From positions 124,001 to 188,000 of the IMG/VR virus record IMGVR_UViG_3300024259_002152: DNA of 64,000 nt, one strand, 5' to 3'. Shown in pieces: positions 48,006 through 58,592 of the stretch (position 1 is its first letter; each line of letters opens with the position of its first letter). A program made the translations under genes and the position numbers. The notes below the pieces were generated by a model. The model saw only the letters and a list, made by a program, of their open reading frames with translations. It was not told the DNA's origin and ran no database searches.

Positions 48006-48797
48006 ATGCATAAAACTAAATTAATAGCAGAACTAGGGTGGAATTGGATAGGGGACGTCTCTCTTGCAAAAGAGATGGTATCAGCAGCTAAAGAATCTGG
48101 TGCTGATTATGCTAAATTTCAAACTTGGAATGCCGAAAGATTGATTCCAGGGCCTTGGGACACGGATGGTAGGAGATCAGTATACAAAACAGCAGAATTG
48201 ACAAGAGAAAAACATCAGATCCTGAAAGATTATTGTGATTCTGTAGGAATTAAGTTTCTTACTGCTTGTTATTGCGCTAAAGACGTGGATCTTGTTTTAG
48301 AATTTTGTGATGAAGTTAAAATACCTAGTCCAGAATCAGAATGTGATCTATTAATGGAGCAGGTTATAGAAAAATTTAATCATGTTTATTTGGCTGTTGG
48401 AGCTTCTAATGTAGAAGAATATGCTAGATGGGCGCTTAAGAAGAATGTGACTTTGTTGCATTGTGTCTCCTCTTATCCTTGTAGTTTAGAGAATATAAAT
48501 TTGCCTAAAATGAAATTTTTACAAACCATAACATCTAGAGTTGGTTATAGTGGTCATTTATTGGGCATTCATGATGCTATTGCTGCTATTTGTATGGGAG
48601 CCACTGTCGTTGAAAAACATTTTACTATTGATACTAATCTCCCAGGAAAAGATAATCAACTATCTATTTTACCTCATGAGCTTAAAGAAATCAGAAATTT
48701 TGTTGATAGTTATGAAAAAATGACTATTGATAGGGGGCTGTCAATACAAGAATGTGAGGGGTATTATAGAAAATATCATAAAGGAAGATGGGGATAG
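48006..48797 (+). CDS. NeuB family synthase #2 (no SAF domain)
   Basis: IAELGWNW, AKFQ, LHCVSSYP, GYSGH and EKHFT motifs. Confidence 0.88.
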   Translation: MHKTKLIAELGWNWIGDVSLAKEMVSAAKESGADYAKFQTWNAERLIPGPWDTDGRRSVYKTAELTREKHQILKDYCDSVGIKFLTACYCAKDVDLVLEFCDEVKIPSPESECDLLMEQVIEKFNHVYLAVGASNVEEYARWALKKNVTLLHCVSSYPCSLENINLPKMKFLQTITSRVGYSGHLLGIHDAIAAICMGATVVEKHFTIDTNLPGKDNQLSILPHELKEIRNFVDSYEKMTIDRGLSIQECEGYYRKYHKGRWG

Positions 48798-49444
48798 TGA
48801 ACAATAGAACGTTAATAGTTATTTTGACATGGAATAGGTTAAATGTCACTAAAGATACTCTTAAAACCTTATTTCATCATAATGGAAAAGACATAGATCT
48901 TTTATTTATAGATAATGGCTCTACAGATGGAACTGTTGAGTATTTGGAGGGTAAGGGATTTGAAGTTATAAAGAATAAGACTAATAAGGGGATATTTAGA
49001 GCATCGACAAAAGCGTGGGAAGAAGGAGTAAGAAAAGGATATGATTATATTCTAAATTTACAAAACGATTTTCCATGCGTAAGACCTATGCCTTTTAAAG
49101 ATTTAGAAGTCTATATGGATAATAATAAAGATGTTGGTTTTATAAGGTTGAATAAGAAAAAAGATAAGAAAAAGAATATCGTTACAGGGCAACCAATAAC
49201 GTATGAAAAGGCAGAGATAATTGGTTCTTACACTTTATCTAAGAATAACTATCATGCTGGTTTTAATCCTGCTTTAATAAGATCTACTATTATATGCGAT
49301 TTTATCAAATATGATGGGGACAACCCGAGAGAACGTATTTTAATGAACAATTTTAAAGAAATTGGACTAAAATGTTCTAAATTAATGCCAGAAGTATTTG
49401 ATACTTTAAAACAAAATCATAGAGTGGAGGGATGGAAGCATTAA
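48788..49444 (+). CDS. GT2-family glycosyltransferase
   Basis: LTWNR, IDNGSTDGT and LQND motifs. Confidence 0.8.
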   Translation: MGIVNNRTLIVILTWNRLNVTKDTLKTLFHHNGKDIDLLFIDNGSTDGTVEYLEGKGFEVIKNKTNKGIFRASTKAWEEGVRKGYDYILNLQNDFPCVRPMPFKDLEVYMDNNKDVGFIRLNKKKDKKKNIVTGQPITYEKAEIIGSYTLSKNNYHAGFNPALIRSTIICDFIKYDGDNPRERILMNNFKEIGLKCSKLMPEVFDTLKQNHRVEGWKH

Positions 49445-50190
49445 TGGGTATTATATCTGAACAGGAATTTAATAAAAGAAGTAAAACTGATACGGCTGTA
49501 ATATATGGTTGTGGATATTCTCTAAATCGCATAGGGGATTTGGAGCTTCATGCATTAAGTGAGTTCGATAGCGTGGCGTTCAATTGGTTCTGTTTCTCGA
49601 AGATCCCGACTACTTATTATTTAGTCAGAGAGCAAGCCAATTTGAGCAAGAGGACTCATGGGGAAGAAACGATAAATAACTTTTATAGCATAATGAACAA
49701 ATATTATAATAATAGTTGTTTAGTCATTCATGATTTAACAAAGCATTCTCCTAATGCCTACAATTATTCTTTTTGTGAGAATAGTGAGAAATTTTTGTCT
49801 GACTATATCGTTGTGCAAGATACTAAGCTTAAGGGTAATGATCCAGGAGTAGAATTATGGAAAGATAAGAGTATTTTTGATAGTGGAATATATCATGGTA
49901 AGACCACTATGACAAATGCTCTTCATTTTGCGGTTTGGATGGGGTATAGGAGAATTATTTTTGTTGGAGTTGATTTGTATGATTCAAGATATTTTTGGTT
50001 AAAAGATAACGAAACCAGATATTCTGTAAAAGATAAAAACAAAAATATGAATTCTCAACATCAAACTGCTAAGAATACCATAACCTTAATTAAAAAAGTA
50101 AAGAAAATTTATCCTAAACTTAAGATGTACACTTATAATAAAAAATCCTTATTGTCAAAACATATGGGGGTATGGGATGGCAAAACCTAG
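49444..50190 (+). CDS. sialyltransferase-like / Maf-like protein
   Basis: IYGCGYSL, AFN and ALHFAVWMGY...FVGVDL motifs. Confidence 0.6.
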   Translation: MGIISEQEFNKRSKTDTAVIYGCGYSLNRIGDLELHALSEFDSVAFNWFCFSKIPTTYYLVREQANLSKRTHGEETINNFYSIMNKYYNNSCLVIHDLTKHSPNAYNYSFCENSEKFLSDYIVVQDTKLKGNDPGVELWKDKSIFDSGIYHGKTTMTNALHFAVWMGYRRIIFVGVDLYDSRYFWLKDNETRYSVKDKNKNMNSQHQTAKNTITLIKKVKKIYPKLKMYTYNKKSLLSKHMGVWDGKT

Positions 50191-50704
50191 AAATAAAAGA
50201 TATCATTATATTCTTAGAAATCTTTTAAAGCTGAAGGTAAAATTATATTCTACTATAATTGATTGTGCTTGTGGGGACGGTTATGGCTCCAACATTCTTA
50301 TGTCTGCTAATATGAAGGTAATTGGTTATGATATATCAAAAGAATTAATCAATAGTGCTATTCATAAGGGTGTTGAAGCTAGTGAGGCGAATATATGCGA
50401 TTTGCCATGTAAGGATGGACTAGCAGATGTTTTTGTTTGTTCGGAGACTTTGGAACATTTGGGCAATATAGAATTAGAGCAGGCTGTTGGAGAGATAAAA
50501 AGATCAACCAAAAAGGACGGTATTATCTGTATTACTGTTCCATCTGATAAAACTTTATGTCTTAAGAATAAAAGTCATAAGCAGTATTTATCAGCGAAAG
50601 ATCTTAAGAGATGTTTTAATAATTGTGATGTTTTGTTGTTGGGGCAATTTTGTAAAAAACAAGATAAGTGTAATACTGTTATATTCTTTAGGAAATTAGT
50701 GTGA
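50177..50704 (+). CDS. class I SAM methyltransferase
   Basis: IDCACGDGYG, ETLEH and ITVP motifs. Confidence 0.85.
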   Translation: MAKPRNKRYHYILRNLLKLKVKLYSTIIDCACGDGYGSNILMSANMKVIGYDISKELINSAIHKGVEASEANICDLPCKDGLADVFVCSETLEHLGNIELEQAVGEIKRSTKKDGIICITVPSDKTLCLKNKSHKQYLSAKDLKRCFNNCDVLLLGQFCKKQDKCNTVIFFRKLV

Positions 50705-51570
50705 ATATTCTTATTGTTACCGATAAAAAAGGGAGAATTCAGTATAATAGAGCCCGAATATTAAAAGATAGGATTAAAGATCATTTAATAGGTATTGTTA
50801 CTCTCAAAGATGATAATATTAATTGGGACCAATATGATCTTATTTATTATTCTCATTTCTCCTTACACAAGAAAATGCCTGCTCCTAAAAATAAAATAAT
50901 TATCACTTCTATAACAAGTCATAAATGTCTATTAGATTTTGATCAGACATTAAAAGTGCTTAAAAAATTTCATAGAATCTCAGTCAATAATACTTTTTTA
51001 TTTGATAGATTCAAAGACTATATTAAAGATTTATATTACACCCCCAATGGTGTTGACACATCTTTTTTTACTTCTAATTATCACGATTTGAATGATAATC
51101 TTATTTTCGGGTGGGTGGGTAATATTGATAGGGCAACCAAAAGATATAATGAAATCATTGTTCCGTTAAGTGAGAGATACAATTTTGAAATTGTGGGAAC
51201 TTATAAAAAAGATAATGAGTATCAATTAAAAAACCAGCAGCAAATGAAGGAGTATTATAATAGTCTTGATTATTTTGTTGTGTCGAGCTTAACGGAAGGG
51301 ACTCCTAATCCTGCTTTGGAAGCTATGTCATGTGGTGTTCCTGTAATAACTACGAGGGTGGGTAATATGGTCGAGATTATTGAGGATGAAGTAAACGGGT
51401 TTTTTGTGGAGAATGACAAGCAATCTTTCATAGATATTATGGATAAGTTGAAAAATATATCAAAAAAGGGCTATCGAAAAATGAGAAAAAAGTTAATAAG
51501 TAAAATTGCATCATGGAATTGGTCGATAAAATATAGGGAATGGTATGATTTTATGTTAGGAGAAAAATGA
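50701..51570 (+). CDS. GT4-family glycosyltransferase
   Basis: PNGVD and EGTPNPALEAMSCG motifs. Confidence 0.88.
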   Translation: MNILIVTDKKGRIQYNRARILKDRIKDHLIGIVTLKDDNINWDQYDLIYYSHFSLHKKMPAPKNKIIITSITSHKCLLDFDQTLKVLKKFHRISVNNTFLFDRFKDYIKDLYYTPNGVDTSFFTSNYHDLNDNLIFGWVGNIDRATKRYNEIIVPLSERYNFEIVGTYKKDNEYQLKNQQQMKEYYNSLDYFVVSSLTEGTPNPALEAMSCGVPVITTRVGNMVEIIEDEVNGFFVENDKQSFIDIMDKLKNISKKGYRKMRKKLISKIASWNWSIKYREWYDFMLGEK

Positions 51571-52271
51571 ATATAGAACTTCATAAATATAATTGTTGTG
51601 ATTTTCACAACGTTGATAGCATCGGAGTTATGTGTCGAGGGGTGTCTCTTGGAAAAATAGGCAAATATAAAGATAATTTTAAAAACGTGTTTGTGGTAGG
51701 ACAACATGTGGAGTCTTTGCAGTTGATAGGTCAACATATTAAAGGGTCTAATATGGTTAAGGTTTGGGGTGCCAATTTCCATAAGCCAGGTAAAGAGGAG
51801 AGAAAACAATGCTCCGAGTATAATATCAAAGATTTGCAAACAACTCTGAATCCGCTCATTAGTGATCGTAAAGCGTATAAATATAGAAAAATTCAAAAGA
51901 GGTATGAAGGGATTTTAGAAACGTATCCCATACCATCGAATTTAAGAGAAGAGAGAAACATTAGATTCCTAGCAAAAAGGAAACACGGGAATGGGAGAAT
52001 AACTTATCCTACTCTAGGATTATTTGCTGTAGACCTGGCAAGCGCTTATAAACCTAGGGAAATTCATATAATAGGTTTAGATTTTTATTGTACTCCTTAT
52101 TTTACTAAAGAGAAAAATAATGTTGGGATGTCAAGTAATTTGAAAAGATCTCCGAATATGATAGAATATTTTAAATTGCTGTGTAAGGAAGAAAAACATA
52201 TAAAATATTATTTATATACATGCTGCAATACGATTAAGTCGAAAGGAAATTTAGAAGTAATAGGATTATAA
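51567..52271 (+). CDS. GT29/GT42-like sialyltransferase-fold protein
   Basis: CRGVSL, YPTLGLFA and IHIIGLDFY (compare CstII TSG...GIDFY). Confidence 0.55.
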   Translation: MNIELHKYNCCDFHNVDSIGVMCRGVSLGKIGKYKDNFKNVFVVGQHVESLQLIGQHIKGSNMVKVWGANFHKPGKEERKQCSEYNIKDLQTTLNPLISDRKAYKYRKIQKRYEGILETYPIPSNLREERNIRFLAKRKHGNGRITYPTLGLFAVDLASAYKPREIHIIGLDFYCTPYFTKEKNNVGMSSNLKRSPNMIEYFKLLCKEEKHIKYYLYTCCNTIKSKGNLEVIGL

Positions 52272-52278
52272 TGTAAAT

Positions 52279-52962
52279 ATGATAAATCTGAAAAATATAA
52301 TAGATGTTTTTATTATAACTAATGGGCGTTCTACTTTTGAATATAGTGATCGTTCTATAAAAAGTCAGGATGGAGTAAAATTTAGAAGTATTATTATCAG
52401 AGATATGGGATGGCAGGCAGCTCATGAAAAAATGCTTGATATGAGCGAGTCTAAATTTATTCTTAGGGTTGATGATGACATGTTGCTTCATCCTTTTGCT
52501 TTGAATTTTATGTACACATGTGTTCAAAAACAAAGTGACAATATAGCATTAAGAGGATGGAGGTTGTGGGAGCCATGGAGTAATAAAGTGTGTAAGGGTA
52601 TTAAGGTTTATAATGCCAGTATAGCCAAGAAGATAGGATTTCATTTGGACCACCTAGGGAAAATAGATAAACCATTTACGGTTAATGCTAAGAAGCAGGG
52701 GTATGAAATAAAATATACTAGAGACGTTATTGCTATTCATGCTTGTGGCGACTTCAAAGAACATTTGAGATATTGGGGTATAAGGGGGGAAGCGGCTGGA
52801 GATAATTTTAAAGCAAAAAAGAAGTGGGCAAAAAAACTTATCAAAGATTTCCCTATGTCTTTACAGGAACAATATGATTTGACTGGCAATTTCTTACCTC
52901 AGTTTAACCATAATAGAGGAACGTTGTTTGGAAATTTTTTAAATAATAAGGAGAGTATATAA
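52279..52962 (+). CDS. GT2-like glycosyltransferase
   Basis: ITNGR and RVDDDM motifs. Confidence 0.6.
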   Translation: MINLKNIIDVFIITNGRSTFEYSDRSIKSQDGVKFRSIIIRDMGWQAAHEKMLDMSESKFILRVDDDMLLHPFALNFMYTCVQKQSDNIALRGWRLWEPWSNKVCKGIKVYNASIAKKIGFHLDHLGKIDKPFTVNAKKQGYEIKYTRDVIAIHACGDFKEHLRYWGIRGEAAGDNFKAKKKWAKKLIKDFPMSLQEQYDLTGNFLPQFNHNRGTLFGNFLNNKESI

Positions 52963-53612
52963 TGGGCCATAAAGGAGATATAATATTTCCTATTGTTAGA
53001 AAATCCAAGGTGATAGTAGATTTGGGAGCCAATAATGGTCGAGAAGCTAAGAGATTTTTAAAATTATCGCCTCAGGCGGAGATGCATATATTTGAACCGT
53101 TGCCGAGATGGTTTAGATATTTGAGTAAAAAATTTGGATCTAAATCTAATTGTTATGTCTATGATATTGCTATTTCTGATAAGGATGGAATGGCTGATTT
53201 TTATCCAGAACCGCCAGGTGGCAAACAAAATTCTTCTTCGTTAAGGGGGAAAACAACAAAATTGCATGATGTTGTATTTAAGGATTCTATTAAGGTTAAG
53301 ACACAGAGATTAGATACGTGGTATAGGCAAACTGATGCGAGTACTGTCGATTTTATATGGTCAGACATAGAGGGCTCTGAAAGAGAATTAATAAACGGAG
53401 GTATGGAAACGTTAAAAAATACTAGATATTTTTATACCGAGTATACTGAAAAAACCTATTTAGAAGGTCAAGCTCTTTTGCCAGAAATAGTTGATTTGAT
53501 TTCTCCTTATTTTGATATAGTAGAAAAATTTCCATGGTTTAATGATAAGAAAAATAAATCATGGCATTTTGGTAATATTCTATTTAAGAATAAAAAGATA
53601 AATTATGAATAA
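52962..53612 (+). CDS. FkbM-family methyltransferase
   Basis: DLGANNG, FEP and WSDIEGSE motifs. Confidence 0.88.
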   Translation: MGHKGDIIFPIVRKSKVIVDLGANNGREAKRFLKLSPQAEMHIFEPLPRWFRYLSKKFGSKSNCYVYDIAISDKDGMADFYPEPPGGKQNSSSLRGKTTKLHDVVFKDSIKVKTQRLDTWYRQTDASTVDFIWSDIEGSERELINGGMETLKNTRYFYTEYTEKTYLEGQALLPEIVDLISPYFDIVEKFPWFNDKKNKSWHFGNILFKNKKINYE

Positions 53613-54498
53613 GAAAATATTATTTACCATTTTAACTTGTAATAGGTTCTATTATTTTAAGAATTGTATAGAGTCAATTATCAATTGTGTTGATATGGAT
53701 AGGATAGATATATTAATATGCGATAACAATACTATAGAGTCAGGATTTGATGAATACGTTAATGATTTATGTTCTAAGCATAAAAACATTATTATGAAGA
53801 AATTTACAGATAGGACAAGAGGTGAGTTATATAGGGCTATGAACTGGGCGGTAAATTATGCTAAAAAACATAAATATGAGATATTAGATTTTATTCAAGA
53901 TGATATTCAGTATCTTTATAATATATCTTCTCATTTAGATGATATCATAGATATTTTTAATAAGCATAAAAATATAGTGCAAATTAATTGCAATTTGGCT
54001 TGGAGAAGAAAAATAAAGAAGATTGGAGAAATTAGAAATGTAGAAGCTAATGGTCATAAATATGGGATATTGCTTGAGAAAAGAACATGCGATAGTGGTT
54101 TTACTAGAACATCTATTTATGATAGCATCGGAGAATATCCTGTAGACGCTATTAGTTGGGGTATGGAGAAAAATAGATATGTTGGTAAAATAAATGGAGA
54201 GATATGGTTTGGTAAACAATGCCGCAAGAAGGGGTTTAATAGAGCATTGGCTTATCAAGCTAATTCGGGGATGATTTTTGATTGTGCTTATGTCAGAGGA
54301 GATGAAAGGTATGGAAATTATTTCCCTCCTTTGGGGGAGTTTTATTTTAAAATGCTAGGTGCTGATCATATAAGACGTATTAAGAAAAGGGCCAGAAGGA
54401 ACAAATTTTCTTATATGGAAGATTTTTGTATTCCTGATGGGTGGAAGCCAAAAACATATGGTAAGCATGGAGATATTAATATAAGGAATAAAATATAA
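53605..54498 (+). CDS. GT2-like glycosyltransferase
   Basis: LTCNR, CDNN and IQDD motifs. Confidence 0.7.
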   Translation: MNKKILFTILTCNRFYYFKNCIESIINCVDMDRIDILICDNNTIESGFDEYVNDLCSKHKNIIMKKFTDRTRGELYRAMNWAVNYAKKHKYEILDFIQDDIQYLYNISSHLDDIIDIFNKHKNIVQINCNLAWRRKIKKIGEIRNVEANGHKYGILLEKRTCDSGFTRTSIYDSIGEYPVDAISWGMEKNRYVGKINGEIWFGKQCRKKGFNRALAYQANSGMIFDCAYVRGDERYGNYFPPLGEFYFKMLGADHIRRIKKRARRNKFSYMEDFCIPDGWKPKTYGKHGDINIRNKI

Positions 54499-54499
54499 T

Positions 54500-55306
54500 A
54501 TGAGTAAATACTATTATTTAACTGCCGTTTCTGGCGAAGAGTTTATAAACAAATTTACTAAGTATTCTGTGAAATCTTTATTAAGAGCAGGAATTAATCC
54601 TTCTGATATATATGTGGCTGTTAATGATAAGAAGGATAAAAATCTCATTAAAAATGTTCTTCCAGAGATAAAAAATATACGCGTGATTAATGAGGATTTG
54701 AGTGCTGTTGTCTGGAAATATTCAAAAGGAAGAAGAAAATACTCTTTATTTAAAAGCGCATCTTTGTACAAAACATTTCCTGAACCCCTTGGTGATAGGT
54801 ATATGATATATTTTGATGGAGATGTGCTATGGTATAAAAATCCATCTTCTTTTTTTGACGCAAAATGTGATAAAACTTGGTTTCATCACGGCAAAGATCT
54901 GGCAGAAAGATCCAAGTTTCAAAAAAGTCAGATTGACGTTAAAGATATAGACTCTTTAAAACAATGGTGTAGTGAACCACAAGCACATCTAATGGTTAAA
55001 CATGGATGTAAGATTCTTCCAGATAGAGAAGTTGTAGCAGGTTTATACCTTCTTCATCCTAGAGACCACGCTGCTGTGCTAAAATTAACTTATGAAGGGT
55101 GTTTGGAAAATTCTACAAAATTTAAGAAACATGAGGGAGGGGGAGATCAAAAGCCAATGAATGCCGCACTGAGTATACTGGAAGTAGATTGGCATGGAGG
55201 ATCCAGATTTTTCTGTCCAGAACATAAGGAGTATTTTGACCATTACTTTGGTAAGGATAATATGAAACAACAATTTTGGGACAGATCGAAAGAGATGGGG
55301 TTGTAG
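54500..55306 (+). CDS. putative GT-A glycosyltransferase (GT8/GT77-like)
   Basis: YFDGDV, AGL and GDQ...N motifs. Confidence 0.55.
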   Translation: MSKYYYLTAVSGEEFINKFTKYSVKSLLRAGINPSDIYVAVNDKKDKNLIKNVLPEIKNIRVINEDLSAVVWKYSKGRRKYSLFKSASLYKTFPEPLGDRYMIYFDGDVLWYKNPSSFFDAKCDKTWFHHGKDLAERSKFQKSQIDVKDIDSLKQWCSEPQAHLMVKHGCKILPDREVVAGLYLLHPRDHAAVLKLTYEGCLENSTKFKKHEGGGDQKPMNAALSILEVDWHGGSRFFCPEHKEYFDHYFGKDNMKQQFWDRSKEMGL

Positions 55307-55307
55307 T

Positions 55308-55802
55308 ATGGAAATTTTAACTCCTGTTATTGGCGTTCCAAATAGTGTTTGGAAGAAAAAAGCAATTAAATTTGTTAGAAAAAGTGAGAACATATATTAT
55401 TTAGATGTTCGTGATTTTTGTTATAAGTGTGATAGGTATATGGACTTATTGAAAATGTTCGATAATAATGATGAGAATTATAAAAAAAGCGACTATTTTG
55501 TTGATCGTTTATCAAGGGGAGGTAAATCAAAAAGACTTATTATTCGTAGGATTAATAATTATAGAAAAATGTATGAAGCTATTAAGAGTGGTGATTATGA
55601 TTGTCTAAAAACTAATTGCCCTATAGTGACTGTTGATGGCTGTCGATTAGATGGCACTCATAGATTATCAATTTTAATCTATTTGGGAATATGTAAAACA
55701 AATATTAATGTTGTCGTTTATGAGAAAATATTTTCAAATAAAAATGCAAAAACTATTAAAAGAAACAATCTAGAATATAGACAAAAAACGTATAATTTGT
55801 AA
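55308..55802 (+). CDS. ParB/Srx-like domain protein
   Basis: PIVTVDGCRLDGTHRLSIL. Confidence 0.6.
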   Translation: MEILTPVIGVPNSVWKKKAIKFVRKSENIYYLDVRDFCYKCDRYMDLLKMFDNNDENYKKSDYFVDRLSRGGKSKRLIIRRINNYRKMYEAIKSGDYDCLKTNCPIVTVDGCRLDGTHRLSILIYLGICKTNINVVVYEKIFSNKNAKTIKRNNLEYRQKTYNL

Positions 55803-55803
55803 A

Positions 55804-56715
55804 ATGAAAATACTAATTCTTATAGATAAAATTAATTGGGCATATCATAGTATAGCTAAATCTTTGTTGAAATATAGTAATTGTGATATTTTGGATATGG
55901 ATATTTTACCCATTAAGGCAGGAGTTAATAAGATAAAAAAAGTATATAAAAAATATGATTTTTTTTATGTTATGGGATTTCAAACTTATGAAAAAGTAGA
56001 TTTTTTACCAAAGAAAATAACTAGTGTTGGGATACACTCGTGCCAAGCTTGGGATAATAAAAAGACAAAACCAGGTAAGAAAATAATGCCTGATAAAACG
56101 GTTATTAAATTTTTAAATGGTTTTTGTAGGGTAAATGCTGTCTCTAAATATTTGTATGATATTTTTAATGAGTCAGGAGTTTCTGATCTATCTTATACTC
56201 CTAATGGTGTTGATACAAAGATTTTTCAACCATCTGATAGAAATAATCATAATGATTTTGTAGTTGGATTTTCAGGAGTTGGTAATGAATTGAAAGGCAT
56301 AGATAAATTTATAATACCATCCATAAATAATGTTAAAGCTAAGCCGTGTTTTGCTATTCGTAAAACGGATAAGTATGTTCCTCTTAAGGAGATGCCAACT
56401 TTTTACAATAAATTAGATGTTTACGTTTGCGCTTCTTCTTCTGAAGGGATGTCTTTGAGCGTTTTGGAGGCAGCATCTTGCGGGGTTCCTGTTGTTTCAA
56501 CTAGGGTTAGCGGTTGTACCGAGATAATAGAAGATGGCCAAAATGGTTTTTTTGTTGATAGAAGCGTAGAAGATATCTCTAAAAAAATATCTCTTATTAA
56601 AAATAGTGTAAATTTAAAGAATAAGATGAGTAAAAACATTAGAAATAGTATAATAGCACATCATTGCTGGAGCAAACAAATAGATAAATGGACTAAATTT
56701 TTAAGTGGAGGATAG
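55804..56715 (+). CDS. GT4-family glycosyltransferase
   Basis: PNGVD, KG and EGMSLSVLEAASCG motifs. Confidence 0.88.
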   Translation: MKILILIDKINWAYHSIAKSLLKYSNCDILDMDILPIKAGVNKIKKVYKKYDFFYVMGFQTYEKVDFLPKKITSVGIHSCQAWDNKKTKPGKKIMPDKTVIKFLNGFCRVNAVSKYLYDIFNESGVSDLSYTPNGVDTKIFQPSDRNNHNDFVVGFSGVGNELKGIDKFIIPSINNVKAKPCFAIRKTDKYVPLKEMPTFYNKLDVYVCASSSEGMSLSVLEAASCGVPVVSTRVSGCTEIIEDGQNGFFVDRSVEDISKKISLIKNSVNLKNKMSKNIRNSIIAHHCWSKQIDKWTKFLSGG

Positions 56716-56718
56716 ATT

Positions 56719-57354
56719 TTGAAAGATCGTCATGTTATTATTATTGGAGCAGGACACACTATAAAACAATATAAAAATCAGATTTTAAAATACATTGAAA
56801 AGAATAGTGCTTTAACAATTGGTATTAATATGATGACATCTTTATGTGTACCTAATTATCATTTGTGGACTAATAAACAAAGATACAAGACACAATATCA
56901 TTGCATAGATAAGAAATCAAAGTTATTGTTTGGAAATAGTTTATCAGATAAACTTGTAAGAAAATACTGGGAAGGCGATTTTGAAAGAATTAATCATATT
57001 AATGATAAATCTGCTGCTATTTCATATAATAAAGGTGTTATACGCGGAAATTTTAGAACGGCTGGAATTTTAGCTATTATGATTGCCCATGTGAGAGGGG
57101 CCAATAAAATTGATGTTGTAGGAATGGATGGATTTACTTTGTATAATAAAAAGGACGTCATCAAAAAGAGAGCCAATCAACATTGTTACGGGAAGGGGCA
57201 TACTGATGATGCTAGTTGGGAAGAGTGTTTGGAAAAGGATAGGTTAGTTGATGATGGTTTACATGCTCTAAAAGATTACGGAGTTGAATTCGAGATTATT
57301 ACTCCAACCAAATTTAAAGATTTTTGTAATCTCTCTGTTTTGGATAACGTATGA
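56719..57354 (+). CDS. DUF115/Maf/MptE-like protein
   Basis: IIGAG, IGIN and TAGILAI...VVGMDG motifs. Confidence 0.6.
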   Translation: MKDRHVIIIGAGHTIKQYKNQILKYIEKNSALTIGINMMTSLCVPNYHLWTNKQRYKTQYHCIDKKSKLLFGNSLSDKLVRKYWEGDFERINHINDKSAAISYNKGVIRGNFRTAGILAIMIAHVRGANKIDVVGMDGFTLYNKKDVIKKRANQHCYGKGHTDDASWEECLEKDRLVDDGLHALKDYGVEFEIITPTKFKDFCNLSVLDNV

Positions 57355-57992
57355 ATATAAAAGAGATTAGAGAAGGCGTTAAAAATAAGCATTGGTATTA
57401 TTATTATAATTTCGATGGAGTGGAAGTTAATAAGAAGAAACAAAAAGATAAAACTCTTGGCTTTTATAACTGGTGTAAAATTAAACCAATTATGGGTGGT
57501 TTATTTAGCCACGTTGATAACCCAAGTATTCTAGATATAGGTTGTAATATGGGTTTATACGATCACGAAATGACCAAGATGGGAGCAAGTGTGGTTGGAG
57601 TGGATTCTAATATAGAAAATATCGAATTCTATAAAAGATATGTTGTAGAGAATAAAAAGGAAGATTGGAAAGTTGTTATTAAAAATGTTGATATCTGCAA
57701 AGAGATAATTATTAATGATAATATTAATATAATTACAATGTTTTGCGTTTTATATCATTTGAGGCCTCATCAAGATAGAGTAATGAAGAATATTATTAAA
57801 GGCGCTCCTAACCATAGATTTATAGTTTTGCAAGGTAATTTACCAAGAGTGAAAAAGAAGAATCAATTTGAAGCAGGTATAGATGGTATGACAAATTTTT
57901 TACAGCATTACTCTTATTCTATTTTTAAAATATATGAATGGGATGGATATCCAAAACCGATAGTGATCGGAGAAAGATGTGTTGGTAATTAA
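57351..57992 (+). CDS. class I SAM methyltransferase
   Basis: ILDIGCNMG, GVD and VLYHL motifs. Confidence 0.82.
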   Translation: MNIKEIREGVKNKHWYYYYNFDGVEVNKKKQKDKTLGFYNWCKIKPIMGGLFSHVDNPSILDIGCNMGLYDHEMTKMGASVVGVDSNIENIEFYKRYVVENKKEDWKVVIKNVDICKEIIINDNINIITMFCVLYHLRPHQDRVMKNIIKGAPNHRFIVLQGNLPRVKKKNQFEAGIDGMTNFLQHYSYSIFKIYEWDGYPKPIVIGERCVGN

Positions 57993-58001
57993 TTTAATAT
58001 T

Positions 58002-58592
58002 ATGTCAAAAAACAGTTTAATAAAATATATTAGAAAATATGATCTAGAATTATTGATGTTGAAAAATGTTAAATTGGAAGAAACTTGTATGCAATATAGA
58101 CCAGAATCTTTATTCTATGACCTAATGAGAGATAAAAATGGAATAATTGATTTAACTATGAAAAATTCACCCCATCGCGAATTTGCATTTTTATACTATA
58201 GAAAAGGGTTGAAATGGCTCACGAAAAATTTTAAAAATACAAAGTACTGTCAATTTAAAAGTAAAATATTAAATAGAGATATTAATGTTCCTATGAGAAA
58301 AATTAGGTTATTTGATTCTTTAAAAAAAGGATATCTCTCGAAAGGATTTGAAAAAGATTACATCGTCTTATTAGAAAGACCTTTAGTAGAAACTAGATAT
58401 GGAGTTAAATGTAGTGAGTATTCATGTCCAGAAGTTTTTATGGGCCATCATAGAATCGGAGCTTTATTGAGTTGCGGAGTTAAGAAGGCGGACGTTATTA
58501 TAGCTAGAGATATTGCTTCCGATAGTAGGCAATGTTTTGGAAAAATACATAATATTTATAAATTATTGAGTAATAATGAATCAGTTAATTAA
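58002..58592 (+). CDS. ParB/Srx-like domain protein
   Basis: DSLKKGY...EVFMGHHRIGAL. Confidence 0.5.
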   Translation: MSKNSLIKYIRKYDLELLMLKNVKLEETCMQYRPESLFYDLMRDKNGIIDLTMKNSPHREFAFLYYRKGLKWLTKNFKNTKYCQFKSKILNRDINVPMRKIRLFDSLKKGYLSKGFEKDYIVLLERPLVETRYGVKCSEYSCPEVFMGHHRIGALLSCGVKKADVIIARDIASDSRQCFGKIHNIYKLLSNNESVN

